Shown: positions 43,598 to 57,939, counted from the first letter of the stretch. The stretch is 64,000 nt of DNA from Octopus vulgaris (GCA_951406725.2 OX597826.1:48608001-48672000); one strand, 5' to 3'. Notes: generated by a model not told the origin, from the sequence alone. Numbers and translations are program-made.

Positions 43598-44551
43598 GTA
43601 CCTATGTGTATGTGTTTTTGCATTTGTTTGTCCTCCCATCAGCATTTGACAACCAGTGTTGGTGTGTTTACATCCACATAACTTAGTGGTTTGGCAAAAA
43701 AAGACCAACAGAATAAGTACTAGGCTTACAAAAAATAAGTCCTGGTGGGGATTCAATTCATTCGACTAAAATCCTTCAAAGCAGTGCTCCAGCATGGCTG
43801 CAGTCAAATGACTGAAACAAATAAAAGAATAAAAGAATGTGTGTGTATGTGTATGTGTATGTAATGAGATACAAGACAAAGAAAACTTCAAAGGAAACTC
43901 AAATCCAATAGAAATCCAATAGAGAAAGGGAGCGGTTCTAGTTATTCAGCACAACATTGACAGGTGTTAGTGAACCTTGTTAGTCAAACACAATGATTCA
44001 AACTCGATTTTGTATGCAACATGTTCTATTTTTTTTTTTTTTGCCAATTATGTCTTAATTTCATTGTTATAAAATTATTTAAATATCATTTGTTAGAAGA
44101 AAAAAACATATAAACAAAACTTATGTCACCAAATGTTTCATAACAATTGCATTTAACGTAACTGACTTGGTTTTACGTTAGTTTTCTATTGTGTTCATAC
44201 ATTTGTTATTTATTTATGGATTTATTTATTTATTTATTTATTTATTTATTTTGCATTATTCATTTTGATAGAAATAATTACAGAGGTATCAAACTGTTGG
44301 ATCAGGTGATGAAAGTTATGGAGAGAGAGTCATCACCCAACTAATTAGGAAGAGAGTTAGTCTAGATGAGATGCAGTTATATTTGCTGAAGATAGCTTGA
44401 AACCATGGTATAGGAAATAGAGGGTAAATGTTTTTATTTTTCATTCCCTGTCGAAATTACCCTTAATAGTGGTTTGGAGTTTAACTACTCCTTCTAGCGG
44501 GTAAGATGTCCTGTTATGGCCATTTCTTATGTGCTTACATGTACACTGTAT

Positions 44552-46022
44552 GAATACAAACTGGGTCACTCTGACACAGAAGCTCTACGGAATATCAAGC
44601 GGGCCTTTGGTAATGGTTTTGTTGACATCAGAACTGTTCAGAGATGGTTCCAAAGCTCTCGTTCAGGAGATGATAGCCTTAACAATAAACCAAAGGGGTA
44701 GGCCAAAATCAGTTTTTCGGCATGATGGATTAAATGCTTTGGTTGAACAAAATCCGAGAGAAAAGATTCGAAAATTTTCATCAGAACACCAAACATCTTG
44801 TACAACAGGCGCAGGGGTGGCTGTGTGGTAAGTAGCTTGCTAACCAACCACATGGTTCCGGGTTCAGTCCCACTGCGTGGCATCTTGGGCAAGTGTCTTC
44901 TGCTATAGCCCCGGGCCGACCAATGCCTTGTGAGTGGATTTGGTAGACAGAAACTGAAAGAAGCCTGTCATATATATGTATATATATGTATGTATGTGTG
45001 TGTTTGTGTGTCTGTGTTTGTCCCTCTAGCATTGCTTGACAACCGATGCTGGTGTGTTTATGTCCCCGTCACTTAGCGGTTCGGCAAAAGAGACCGATAG
45101 AATAAGTACTGGGCTTACAAAGAATAAGTCCCGGTGTCGATTTGGTCGACTAAAGGCGGTGCTCCAGCATGGCCGCAGTCAAATGACTGAAACAAGTAAA
45201 AGAGTAAAAGAGAGAGTAACTGTTTTTGGACACTTGTAAAAAAACTGAAAAAGCCAAAAAAAACAGATAGGTTTGTTCCACATTAACTGAAAGAGATTCA
45301 AAAATACAAACACCTCAAAGTGTGCTCCTTATTGCTTTCTTGACTGGAAAAGACCAGTTTTTCATCAAATTATTATTTGTGATAAGAAATGGATACTCTT
45401 TAACAACAGCAGAACAGGACAGTGCTTAGATGCAGGAGAGTCACCTAAACACTACCCAAACCCACCATTGCACCCTAAAAAGTTAGCAGTCACTGCATGG
45501 TGGTCTGCGAAGGGAGTTATTATTCATTTTTGCAACAAGGAAAAACAGTAACAAGCAACATAATATTGCCAGGTAGCTGATTGTATGCATAAGAATTTGA
45601 AAAAGAAGCAACCCAGACTAGTGAACAGAGATGGCCCAATTTTGCTCCACAAAAATGCACGTCCTCACACTCCTCAAGCTACGGTTCAAAAAGTTGCAAA
45701 GCCTGAATAATGAAATTTTGCAATATCTTCCCTATTCCCCTGACATCTCTCCTACTGATCATCACTTATCTAAACATTTTGAGCTTTTCATAAGCAATAA
45801 AACATTCTTAAATAGAGAAGAGGTAATTGAAGCATTCGGAAAGTTTATCACAGCAAAAGATGAATTGTTTTGCTGCAGATGGAATATATGACATAGAGAA
45901 ATGTTGGGTAAACGTTATAAATGAACATGGATCATACTTTGATTAAATAAATCAGTTCTCTAACTCTTCTGAAACATTTTATTGTTACCTTTCAAATATG
46001 ATATTTTATGTGAAACAACCTA
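44552..46022 (+). pseudogene. mariner (Mos1-like, DD34D) remnant with a SINE A inserted at 44808-45215
   Basis: YEYKLGHSDTEALRNIKRAFG...RTVQRWF (HTH), IICDKKWIL, WWSAKG, LPYSPDISPTDHHL; 3' end aacaacctaaTA. Confidence 0.9.
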
Positions 46023-47174
46023 ATATATATATATAGTTCAATTTTACAAAAAAATGAAAGACAAAGACAGGTGTAGGAACAACAAGCTGATGTATTAGTT
46101 TAATGTTCAGGAAAAATGGGAAGTCTTTTATGTTTCGAGCTTATGTTCTTTGACAGAAAGGAATAAGAGGAAAAAAATGGAGAGAGAATGAAAAAAAACG
46201 GAGAGAGAAAAACTGTGGAGTTCAATGGTCCAACATGGTGGGATAACTAGAAAAGCTATTCTTTTACCTTACATAAGATGTTTAACTACTGCTTCGACTA
46301 TTGTTATTACCACCCTTGCAACCACAACACTACTACAATTACAACACCAACAACCTGTACAGCTACATTTTAAATGAGAACCATCAGTGACCTATGCAAT
46401 GACAGTTAAAATGTGAGGCAGGTAATAAGATTATTAGGGTTAATGATCCTACACTATTTCGGAAAAAAATTCCCCTTTTCAAATAGCAGAAAGAAAAATA
46501 CTTCAAGATTTCAAAGAAATGTGTTATTAGCTAGCAATTGTAATTTCTAGTGTGTTATGAAGAAGAGTGTTGCTTGCATTAGCTTGTGTGCCATCTGTCA
46601 ACTGTATTAGTAGTTAAATAATAACAGTAACAGCAGTTAGTATGTTGTGGCAAATGTAGCAGTAATAGGTAACCTGGCATAACAAATTAGTGTGGACGTA
46701 TCAAAAGGTGTTGTGAAAGGTCATTGAACATTAAGATAAGATTAGTCAACAGATATTCTTGAGAATATCATTTTTCAAATGAGGTAGGATATACAAAGCT
46801 GTGAATGTGCTGAAATATGTTGCTCTGATGGAGTGGATGTGTGTGAGAAATATTAGTAAGGTGAGAGAAGGTAAGTAAAATGTAGGTGAAGCAAAGCAGT
46901 TAGAAAAACCAATTCATACCATTCATTTAAGTTCGGTTGTTGATTCTTCTCTATGCCATTTAATGAGAATAGCTGCTTCAATTCTCAAGTTACCAATATT
47001 CCAGTCACTAAATAAAATGAATATTCTTACTTAACAATTGTAGCATTTATTAACGTAATATTCATCTCCACTTAGAAGTGGTTGTTGTGTTAGAACACAG
47101 AACACTGTGATAGTTACCATGAGAGAAACTTTCATATGAACTTGAGGTGCATATAAGTATTCATGTTTATATTT

Positions 47175-47655
47175 ACGTGCCACCGGCACGGGCCAGGCGA
47201 GGCTGGCAGCGGACACGAACGGATGGTGGGGCACGTAAAAGCACCATCCATTCGTGTCTGCTGCCAGCCTCGCCTGGCCCCGTGCCGGTGGCACGTAAAG
47301 TACCATCCGTTCGTGTCCGTTGCCAGCCTCGCCTGGCCCCTGTGCCAGTGGCACATAAAAGTACCATCCGTTCGTGTCCATTGCCAGCCTCGCCTGGCCC
47401 CCGTGCCGGTGGCACGTAACAGCACCATCCGTTCGTGGCTGTATGCCAGCTCCGTTTGGCACCTGTGCGGGTGGCACGTAAAAAGCACCCACTACACTCA
47501 CGGAGTGGTTGGCGTTAGGAAGGGCATCCAGCCGTAGAAACACTGCTAGATCTGACTGGGCTTGATGCAGCCTTCCGGCTTAACAGACTCCAGTTGAACC
47601 GTCCAACCCATGCTAGCATGGAAAACGGATGCTAAATGATGATGATGATGATGAT
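47175..47655 (+). mobile_element. Family C repeat with an internal ~60-bp GC-rich minisatellite and an inverted first unit
   Basis: gtgccggtggcacgtaaa..accatccgttcgtgtccgttgccagcctcgcctggcccc repeated about 4 times; 47175-47228 is an inverted unit. Confidence 0.85.
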
Positions 47656-48027
47656 TGCGAGCAGAAGATAATTCTCTGTCATTGCTATCACTATTAATTA
47701 TTTATTAATGTGATTCTTTACTGAGAAAGTATATGTGTGTATGCAGGTGTTCCTTAAGATGGGGGAGATGAAGGGTGCTTTTGGATTATGTTGGTGATAT
47801 AGTCATCTTCACTTTTATCAAATTTTTCTTTATATGGTACATAAACATGTAGACATCTTAATGTCATAAGCAGGGTAGTTTGTTAGCATACATCTGTCAT
47901 TGGCCTCAGGGAATTTCTGAGAGAGCTGGTTTTTGGTAAGTGCTTGATATAAGGAATATGCCCCATAAAAGGGTCCACAGTATAAAATACTGAACAACCT
48001 TTCACAATTTAACTGTTGCTTCCTTAA

Positions 48028-48246
48028 CCCTTTAGTATTTAAACCGGCCATATCCGGCCAAAATAGTTAATCTGTTTTATGTTCAAACTGACCAGATCCA
48101 GGCTCTCACACCTACCTTACAATGTTATTCTACATGAAGTAATTACACCATCAAGATCTTGAAGATATGAGATAATGCATGATTAATTCAAATCAATGGG
48201 AATCAATAGGCATTATGTTTGATAGAATAATCTGAACACTAAAGGG
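48028..48246. mobile_element. piggyBac-type MITE
   Basis: TTAA-CCCTTTAGT...ACTAAAGGG-TTAA. Confidence 0.8.
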
Positions 48247-48423
48247 TTAAGCTACTTTGTCTTAGTGGCGCTATTATCACTGCTATTTGAAAAACCATTC
48301 TTAGGGATAAATTAGTCATACATCTGACCCACTCTAGAATAATTTTGGAAATGTGGAAAGAATGAAAGGAAAAAACAAAAAACAAATCAAACGAAAGAAA
48401 GAAAGAAAGAAAGAAAGAAGAAA

Positions 48424-48465
<42 letters not shown>

Positions 48466-49155
48466 AAACAGAAAGGAAGGAAGCAAGCAAGTAAGAAAGA
48501 AAGAATGAATGAATGAAAGAAAGGATGAGCCACAAGAAAAGCAAGAAGAAAAAGTGAAAGGAGAGCAATAAGGAAAAGCAAAGAAAAAGAAAAGAAATGA
48601 AGGAATGAAGGGAAAAAGAAGAGAAAGATAAAGAAAGAAAGAAAAAAGAAAGAAAGGAAATAAGAAAGAAAGTAAGAAAGTAAGAAAACCATCTTTAAAG
48701 AGGCATTGATTCTTAAGAGCTTCTGCTACTCTCCATCATCACCACCACCACCACCACTACCAATACAGCTATCACTAATAATATTGTGCTACCACTCATG
48801 CCACCACATCTACTAACGTTGCTATCACCATTACACTACCAACAACAACAACAACAACTACAACCATACTGTAAATGAGCTCCGTCAATGAATAGTGCAA
48901 TTGAGAGAAAAAAGGGGACAGGAAATGGGATTATTAGGGGTTAGATTACTGAAAAACAAGACCAATCTATTTGATTTATTTTATTACATTCCTTTATATA
49001 TATATAATGTGAAGCTCATACTTCATTCCCTCTCTCTGTCTCCTCTCCTCCACTTACCCCACACTATTCATTGATCTTTCTGTAACACCCTTATATATTA
49101 TCAATGAAGTTAGAAAATTATTACTGTTTAGATGTGGATTAGTTTTCTCTATTAC

Positions 49156-49196
49156 ATACAGACGACTGTTTCAGAATAGAAACCTCATCAGTGTAT
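49156..49196 (-). ncRNA. Hammerhead motif with weak stem II
   Basis: ataca-CTGATGA-ggtttctattct-GAAAC-agtc-GTC-tgtat. Confidence 0.6.
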
Positions 49197-50189
49197 TTTT
49201 TGTAGGGATTAAAAGTATAAATTCATAATTAAATATTTCTCTCTTATATTCACTTGTGATGTTCATCTTCTATTTTTAATTAATTTATTCATGGAAATAT
49301 ACATTTAAATTAAAACTGACAAAGACAGACTGGCGAGGGCAAAAATCATGGTCGGTAGAAAAATACCTGGTCAGAAAATTATGTTCCAAGATCCATTATA
49401 TGGATCTAGATAACATATGTGGAGCCATGGCTGTGTAAGAAGTTTGCTTCCAATCACATGGTCTCAGGTTCAGTCCCACTGTATACCATCTTACTCCCTC
49501 TTTTACTCTTTTACTTGTTTCAGTCATTTGACTGCGGCCATGCTGAAGCACCGCCTTTAATCAAGCAACTCGACCCTGGGACTTATTCTTTTGTAAGCCC
49601 AGTACTTATTCTATCGGTCTCTTTTGCTGAACCGCTAAGTAACGGGGACATAAACACACCAGCATCGGTTGTCAAGCAATGCTAGGGGACAAACACAGAC
49701 ACACAAATACACACACGCATATATATATATACATATATACAACGGGCTTCTTTCAGTTTCCGTCTACCAAATCCACTCACAAGGCTTTGGTCGGCCCGAG
49801 GCTATAGTAGAAGACACTTGCCCAAGGTGCCACTTGGGCAAGTGTCTTCTACTATAGCCCCAAATTAACCAAAGCCTTGTAAATGAATTTGGTATGTAAC
49901 TGAAAGGAGCCTGTCATGTGTTTGTGTGCATATGTGTGTGTGTGAGTGAGTATTTGTATGTGTATCTACATGTTTGTGTGTGTTTGTCCCCAATTACCAC
50001 TTGACAACCAGTGTTAGCTTGTTTACATCCCCATAACTTAGCAGTTTGTTTAAAAGTGACTGTTAGTTTGTTTAAAAGTGACTGTCAGTAACAGGTTTTA
50101 AAATGCATACTAGGTTCGATTTGTTTGCCTAAACCCTTTGAGATGGTTGCACAGCATGGCTGCAGTCTAATGACTGAAACAACCCTCCA

Positions 50190-50233
<44 letters not shown>

Positions 50234-50439
50234 CTTTATGTATTTGTTTTACAAGATTCTTGATGTGAAATTGCATATTAAAACAAATATTGCTATATTT
50301 TGGGACGATCATTTTGCCAAAACTACATGCACTATTTATTTGATCTTCACTTTATCATTATTGTTATTATTATTATTATTATCATCATCATTATTATTAT
50401 CATTATTATTATCATTATTATTATCATTATTATTATTTT

Positions 50440-50750
50440 TATTTAGTAGTCTTATTTTTATTATGTGCTTTCACAGCACTACTGAGTGCAGCTCAGTGTG
50501 CCTTGGGTATGTGCTGTGGTTTGTTGTGGTGCTCTTATTTTCATTGTATTGAAATTGCTTTATGTAGGATGTGTGCGGTGCCTAGTAGTGCTATTTTCCG
50601 TATGTTATATACACTTGTAAGTCCTGGTGTTTTTGTTATATATTTGTCTGAATGTTTTTTTTTATCATACCTAATGCACCTTCTATGATAGGAATTGTTT
50701 CTGTTTTTAGACTCCACATTCAAGTTACCTCTCATCCTAGGTCTTTGTAT
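50440..50750 (-). mobile_element. R4/Dong-like LINE 3' end next to (TTA)n
   Basis: YITKTPGLTSVYNIRKIALLGTAHILHKAISIQ*. Confidence 0.75.
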
Positions 50751-50771
50751 TTTGAAAATTTCTCCATTTAA

Positions 50772-50992
50772 CCCTTTCATTACTATATTTATTTTGAGAT
50801 GCTCTGTGTTTCTTTCAATTACTTTAAATATAACAAAGAATTTAGTAAAATAACTTAGTTATCATTAAGCAAATGTTAAGGACATAAATTGGGACTAAGG
50901 TTTAGTGGAAGACTTTAATTCAAAACTTTTGAAAACAAGACATTTGTACCACAGAGCAAGAGCTGGTTTCAGCTGGGTTGGTATCAAAAGGG
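50772..50992. mobile_element. piggyBac-type MITE
   Basis: TTAA-CCCTTT...AAAGGG-TTAA. Confidence 0.75.
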
Positions 50993-51504
50993 TTAAGCCA
51001 TACTGAAACCCTTCTTCTTTCTGCAGCTGTCTTCAGTTATGGCTTTATTGATCAGTAGCAGATCTTTATAGCCATATGAGCCTTTCCAGCATCCCTTCTG
51101 CTCTTCTGGAAATTCTTATGATATCAAAATTCTTATGATATCAACTATATACCTTTTATCTTTTACTTGTTTCAGTCATTAGACTGTGGCCATGCTGGGA
51201 CACCGCCTCAAAGAACTTTTTGTTAAATGAATCGACCCCCAGTATTTTTTTCAAACCTGCTCAGATGCAGCATGAAATTTTGTCAGTGAATAGGTCACGG
51301 TCTCAAAGCAACAAAAATATTTTGGCAAATTAAATTTAAATGTTGAAGTGAATCTTAAAGGTTTGTACTTATTCTATCAGTCTCCTTCTGCTCAACTGCG
51401 AAGTCAGAGGGACATAAACACATCAACACTGGTAGTCAAGCCGTGGTGGGAGACAAACACACGCACAAATGAACATATATGTGTATACACACATACACAC
51501 CAGC

Positions 51505-51539
<35 letters not shown>

Positions 51540-51628
51540 GATTGGAGCCTGGTACAGCCTTCTGGCTTGCCAGTCCTCAGTCAAACTGTCCAACTCATGC
51601 CAGCATGGAAAGGGGACATTAAGCGACA

Positions 51629-51663
<35 letters not shown>

Positions 51664-52287
51664 CACGCACACACATACACGCATGTGAAGCTTCTTTCAG
51701 TTTCCTATCTACCAAGTTCATTCACAAGGCTTTCACCAACCCAAACTTATAGCAGAAAACATTTGGCTAAGGTGCCACACAGTAGGACTGAACCCAGAAC
51801 CGTATCATTGGGAAGCAAATCTTCTTACCTCACAGCCACACATGAGAGACACCCATAACTGATTTAATCTCTGAAATTTCCTCCAAAAGCCTCTTGAATC
51901 TATCTTGAATCTATCCCAGAAAACCACTTATCCAGCACACTACTGCTGTGCCTCAGAATCGAACCTCTAACCACTCAATTACAAATGGATGTACATATAC
52001 ACACATATGTAAAATTTGTATTAAAGACTGAACAAATGCTTCCGTTTGATTTCGCATTTTCTCTTTTCCTTTCTTTATTCTTCATCTTATATTATTTCTT
52101 CTCTTCTTTTTTCCTTTATGCTTCTTATTGTAGTCCCTATATTAATAATTTGGTCCAATTTCTTGATTGCCTTAATATTAATTGTCTAGAGTGATTTTTT
52201 GGTTTGTTTTTATTATTATTATTATTATTATTGTAGTTGTTGTTGTTATCATCATCATTATTATTATTATCATTATTATTATTATTA

Positions 52288-52351
<64 letters not shown>

Positions 52352-52401
52352 CATTATTATTATTATTATTATTATCATTATTATTATTATTATCATCATC
52401 A

Positions 52402-52444
<43 letters not shown>

Positions 52445-52559
52445 CATTATTATTATCATCATTCTGTTATTAAAATTTGTCAAAGACCGTAGCTCCGGAT
52501 TTTTGTCTGATTGAAATGATATATCACAAAGAATAACATGTATAATATGTGTGTGTGTG

Positions 52560-52614
<55 letters not shown>

Positions 52615-52662
52615 ATGTATACATATATATATGTATATATAGATATATATACAATTTGTAAG

Positions 52663-52694
<32 letters not shown>

Positions 52695-52939
52695 TACATA
52701 CATATGTATACACATATATATAAGTATATAAGTATATATATCTATGCGTATGTGTGTGTGTCTGTGTCTGTGTGTGTATCTCAGAGTTTACACATGCTTA
52801 CGCTTGTGTGCACATATTCCCTCCCATGTTAGAGAAAGCATTTTATATAAGGGTAATATTAGAGTTTTAACTTCTTTTTCTTTGTCTTCTCTTTTTTATT
52901 ATGCATATATATATAAATACATACATACATACATACATA

Positions 52940-53034
<95 letters not shown>

Positions 53035-53830
53035 TATTTTTGACATTGCTGTTGGTACTGTTATCGCTGTTATTATTGCCGTTGTTGTTGTTGTTATTAA
53101 CGATATTGTTGTTGTTGTTGTTTTCAATATGAGGCTGAAAATTCTGCTAAGAAGAGCTATCAAGTTGTAAAAAGCGGCCATTGAATCTTTTGTGCAGAGA
53201 CTACATAGGAAAAGCCGTCAGTCTTGTCTTGTCTAAAGGTGTGGAAGAAAGCAAGACGAAAAGGGGAGCAAGGTGGCATGTGCGGGGTGACGTTTGTGGT
53301 TGGTGCTGAAAAATAGGAGAGATGAAGAGAGGTGAGATAATGAAAGATTAAAGTGTGTATGTGTGAGAGAGAGAGAGAGAGAGAGAAAGAAAGAGAGATA
53401 GAGAGAGAGAGAGAGAGAGGAAATTAGAAGGGTTGGAGGAACAGAAGAGGAATAAAGAAAAAGTGATAAATGGAGAGTAAGAGTATGATAGGGAGAGAGA
53501 GAGTGAGAGACAAAGGAGTGGGGAAGAATGACATGGAAATTAAGAATAAGTGAAAGAAAGTGTTAGAGAATGAAAGAGAGTGAAGAAATAGATAGAAAGA
53601 GTGTGATAGAGAAAGAGAGAGAGAGAGAGAGAGAGTGGCCATTTCAATCTTCTTTCTCGTTAGTTCAGTTATATTAACGAAGATTTCATTTTATCTTTTA
53701 TACACATCATTTCTCGACAAAGAGCGAAATAAATAAATAAATAAATAAATAATATAATAAATTTTATAAAAACATATTATAAAAAAAATAATGACAACAA
53801 CAACAATATAATAATAATAATAATAATAAC

Positions 53831-53875
<45 letters not shown>

Positions 53876-54035
53876 GATAAAATGGAAAATAAATAAAAAA
53901 AAACAAATACAGAGAAGCAAGGAAAGAAAAGAAAGACAGAAAGAAAGAAAGGATGCAATGAATGAAAGAAAGAAGGAAAGAAAGAAGGAATAGAATTGAA
54001 GGAAATTAAGCAAGAACTTCGCTGCAATTTCTTAC

Positions 54036-54108
54036 AGATCTTCCCATCTATGGCACAGCAGATTGGCAAAACACTATACCAGAATAAAAGTATTCTTTTC
54101 CCTGGCAT
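54036..54108 (-). CDS. Candidate first coding exon MPGKRILLFWYSVLPICCAIDGKI (signal-peptide or palmitoylation-like), phase 1
   Basis: ATG at 54108; donor T|GTAAGA after 54036; 73 nt = 24 codons + 1; about 140 bp downstream of an X-box; product unidentified. Confidence 0.4.
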
Positions 54109-54245
54109 TTAACTCAATTGATAGCGAAACTATACAACATGCCTCTTCGCTGAAAGACTACTTCAAAATTTTTCTGTGTTTTTTTTTTTTTATATCCTCC
54201 ACCACTCCCCACACTTCACCCCCTGTACTCTTTTTAACATGTGCT

Positions 54246-54259
54246 GTTGCCATGGTAAC
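54246..54259. promoter_or_regulatory. RFX X-box motif GTTGCCATGGTAAC
   Basis: Matches the GTNRCC-N(0-3)-RGYAAC consensus, in a TE-free island flanked by GA/CT repeats and a GGC-rich patch at 54400-54430. Confidence 0.65.
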
Positions 54260-54709
54260 CGGCTTGGGCATCGTATGTTGATATTGCATTGGCACCTTTT
54301 TGTTGTTGTTGTTGTTGTTGTTTTTTGCTTTTTTGCTTTTCTTTTTTTCTTTCTTTTTTTTTTTAATTTTTGAATGGTAAAACTTGGTACCAATGACCAT
54401 GGCGGCGGCGGCAGCGGCGGCAATGGCGATGAAGATGTAGGTGGTGAGTTGGGTGGGATGGCAGAAGGGTGCAGGAAGTCCAATAATAAAGCAAGGAGAG
54501 GAGAGGAAAGGAGAGGAGAGGAAAGGAGAGGAGAGGAAAGGAGAGGAGAGGAAAGGAGAGGAAGGGGAAGGGTAGTGGGCGGAGGGAAAGGTGAGGATGT
54601 GGGTGAAATAATTTTGAAATCGGTTTCGTTGTTGTCGTTGTTGAAAAGTTGAACATCTTTGTGACAAAAGCTATCAATGTTGTTCAGTTCAGACTTGCCA
54701 ACTTTGTTT

Positions 54710-54782
54710 CTATTGTTCTCTCTCTCCCCCGCTCTCCACCTCCCTTTCTCTCTCATTCACTCTTTCTGTCTCTCGCTACCTG

Positions 54783-54845
<63 letters not shown>

Positions 54846-54848
54846 TTC

Positions 54849-54884
<36 letters not shown>

Positions 54885-54902
54885 CTATGTCTGTCTGTCT
54901 CC

Positions 54903-54940
<38 letters not shown>

Positions 54941-54947
54941 CTGTCTG

Positions 54948-54982
<35 letters not shown>

Positions 54983-55496
54983 GTCTGTCTGTCTGCCTGC
55001 CTGTCTGTCTGGTTATCTATCTACCTATCTACCTCTATCTCTCTATGCCTTTTTCTTTTCCTCTCTTCCTCTCTCTCCTCTTCCCTCTCCCTTCTTCTTA
55101 CCCTGCTTTCCTCTCTCTCTTTCTTTCTCTCTCTCTGACTATTTATCTATCTATCTCTATCTCACTTAGCCTTCTTCTTCTCTCTCTCTCTCCCTTCTCC
55201 TTTCTTCCTTTTCCTCTCTCCCTCCTTTCCTCTCTCTCCCTTATCCTTTCCCTCTTTTCCTCTTTCTCTTTCTTCCTTTCTTTCTTTGTCTCTCCTTCCC
55301 CTTCCCCTTCCCTCCGCAATCTCTCTCTTCCTTCTTCTTTCTCTCCTTTCTTTGCCTTCTCTCTCTCTCTCTCTTTCCCCTTCTCTCTCCACCATATTAT
55401 CTCTCCACTTTTCTTCTATCTCTCTTCCTTCATCTCTCTCCATATCTGTCTCTATTTTTTTGCATTTCAGTCTCTCTTTCTTATCATCTGTACACT

Positions 55497-55537
<41 letters not shown>

Positions 55538-55658
55538 TTGCTTCTCAACATCTCTCTTTCTCATTGTCTACATTACAAAATCTCTATTTTTCTTTTACTC
55601 TCTCTTTCTCTTCACCTGTCTCTACATATCTATCAATCTCTCGTTTTGCCTCATTACA

Positions 55659-55696
<38 letters not shown>

Positions 55697-56050
55697 AACA
55701 TTTCTATACATATCTTTCACTAGCTACATCTCTCCAGTTCTCTTTCTATCTTTGCCCCTCTACATCTCTCTCTCTCTCTCTCTCTCTCTACAACTCTCTC
55801 TTTCTCTACCTCTCTACCTTTCACTTTTGCTACCTTTCCACTTCTCTCTCTCTTTCTCTACCTCTCCATCTCTCTATCACTTCCTTTCTCTACATCTCTC
55901 TCCTTTTATCTTTTTACCTCTCTCCTCCTTTCTCTCAGCCTATCTTTCTCTTCCCTTTCTTCTTCATTTCTGTTATTACTTCTCTCTCTCTCTCTCTCTT
56001 TCTCTTCCTCGCTCTCTCTCTCTCCCTCTCCATCTCTCTCCTTCTTTCTC
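54710..56050. repeat. 1.3-kb CT-rich polypyrimidine tract (GAGA repeats on the - strand)
   Basis: Base composition; explains the spurious 478-aa ORF. Confidence 0.9.
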
Positions 56051-56179
56051 GTCTTTTGTGGTGTCAATCAAAAAATCCGTATTGAGCACATTTAACCAGC
56101 AACTAGCCTTTTCCATATTGATTAAACCACATACACAAACACACACAGACACACCCATACGAGCATACATAAACACACA

Positions 56180-56225
<46 letters not shown>

Positions 56226-57169
56226 CATACATACACACATTCAGACTCACAAGTACATAAACGTTCACACACACACGCACAAACATACACAGAAACATAC
56301 ACACAAGTACATATATGCGCATACAAACAGATACACATACAAACACACAAACAAATATACACACCATATGCACACAGTCACATACACTGACAGATACATG
56401 AGCACACACACACATACACACACGCATGCACACGCACACACACATACACACACACACACTCGTACATACATACACAAACGCACATGCATGTAAATACACA
56501 TACAGAGAAAAACACACACACACTCAGAGACAAACAGATACAAGCACACATATATACACACACACACAGTTGCGCACACTCTTACACATAAGCACACAGA
56601 CACACAGACACACTTGTATACAAATACATATATACAGCACACATAAACATACATACGCTATCACACACTTAGACAGATACACACTAACATGCACACATGC
56701 ATGCATGCTCACACACATACTCTCATTTATGCAGAAACACACACACACTAACCCATCACATACATACATACACATATAAGCTGTCGTTTTTAATCACATG
56801 CAGTACCTGCAACTGCAGCTGCAGGCCAATTCTTAGCGCCTTCGCTGCACCTTGTGAGAGCATATGCACATCTTCACACCCTGACTGTCTCAGAAAACAA
56901 CATGTTGTATACATAATACAGCTTTGGGTTCTCTATGCATAGGGGTAAGACAGGGTGGTCGTAGCTGGAATGCCCTGGATCATAGGACAGTTTGCTTAGT
57001 ACTAGCCTGGGGGCTAAACAGCAACAACAACAACAAAAGCTGTTTCTAATAATGGATAATGATTTCTACACTCCTGTGAAGATTGTAAATACATTCATCT
57101 AATACTGTGTATGATGCTGTTTAACCCTAGGCTGAGTAGACCATTGATCAAAGTTGTTCCAGCCATTAC

Positions 57170-57400
57170 CTATTTCTTTACTACCCACAAGGGGCTAAAC
57201 ACAAAGAGGACAAACAAGGACAGATAAACAGATTAAGTCGATTATATCGACCCCAGTGCATAACTGGTACTTAATTTATCGACCCCGAAAGGACGAAAGA
57301 CAAAGTCGACCTCGGTGGAATTTGAACTCAAAACATAACGGCAGACGAAATACCGCTAAACATTTTGCCCGGCATGCTAACGTTTCAGCCAGCTCGCCAT
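57170..57400 (-). mobile_element. SINE B flanked by a ~70-80-bp direct duplication
   Basis: 57102-57169 is repeated at 57405-57483 with a small indel. Confidence 0.85.
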
Positions 57401-57774
57401 CTTCTACTGTGTATGATTCTGTTTAACCCTAGGCTGGTCCCCAACTGAGAAGACCATTGATCAAAGTTGTTCCAGCCATTACCACATCATCCTTCTTCTC
57501 TCTGGAATTGTATATCTTAGAATACATTGTCCTATGTGTCTCTTTGTATTTTAAGTCAGTTCAGTGTAATTTGAGATAGATTTTTTGGGGGGCAGTGCTA
57601 TTCCTAGCAGATCAGCTGGCCACATAGTGGTCCTCTCATTGATTTATCTGATCTTAAGCTGCTATGGTTGTTGTTGTTGTTGTCATTGCTGCTGCTACTG
57701 CTGCTGCTGCTGTTGTTGTTTAGCCATGTCTCAGACCTGATTTTAAAATCCTTTGACCAGACTTATTTCAACTA

Positions 57775-57939
57775 AGAGTGGCTGTGTGGTAAGTAGCTTG
57801 CTAACCAATCACATGGTTCCGGGTTCAGTCCTACTGCATGGCACCTTGGGCAAGTGTCTTCTACTATAGCCTCAGACCAACCAAAGCCTTGTGAGTGGAT
57901 TTGGTAGATGGAAACTGAAAGAAGCTTGTCGTATATATG

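Noticed and set aside
47175-47490. CRISPR-like repeat array
   Set aside because: Contiguous tandem units without unique spacers, inside a dispersed eukaryotic repeat; no cas genes
54400-54440. Kozak-context ATG with poly-Ala on the + strand
   Set aside because: Stops after 13 codons; more likely a GGC-rich promoter or UTR patch
54649-56085. 478-aa ORF, the longest in the track
   Set aside because: Stop-free only because it is a CT-rich microsatellite tract; Leu/Ser/Phe low complexity
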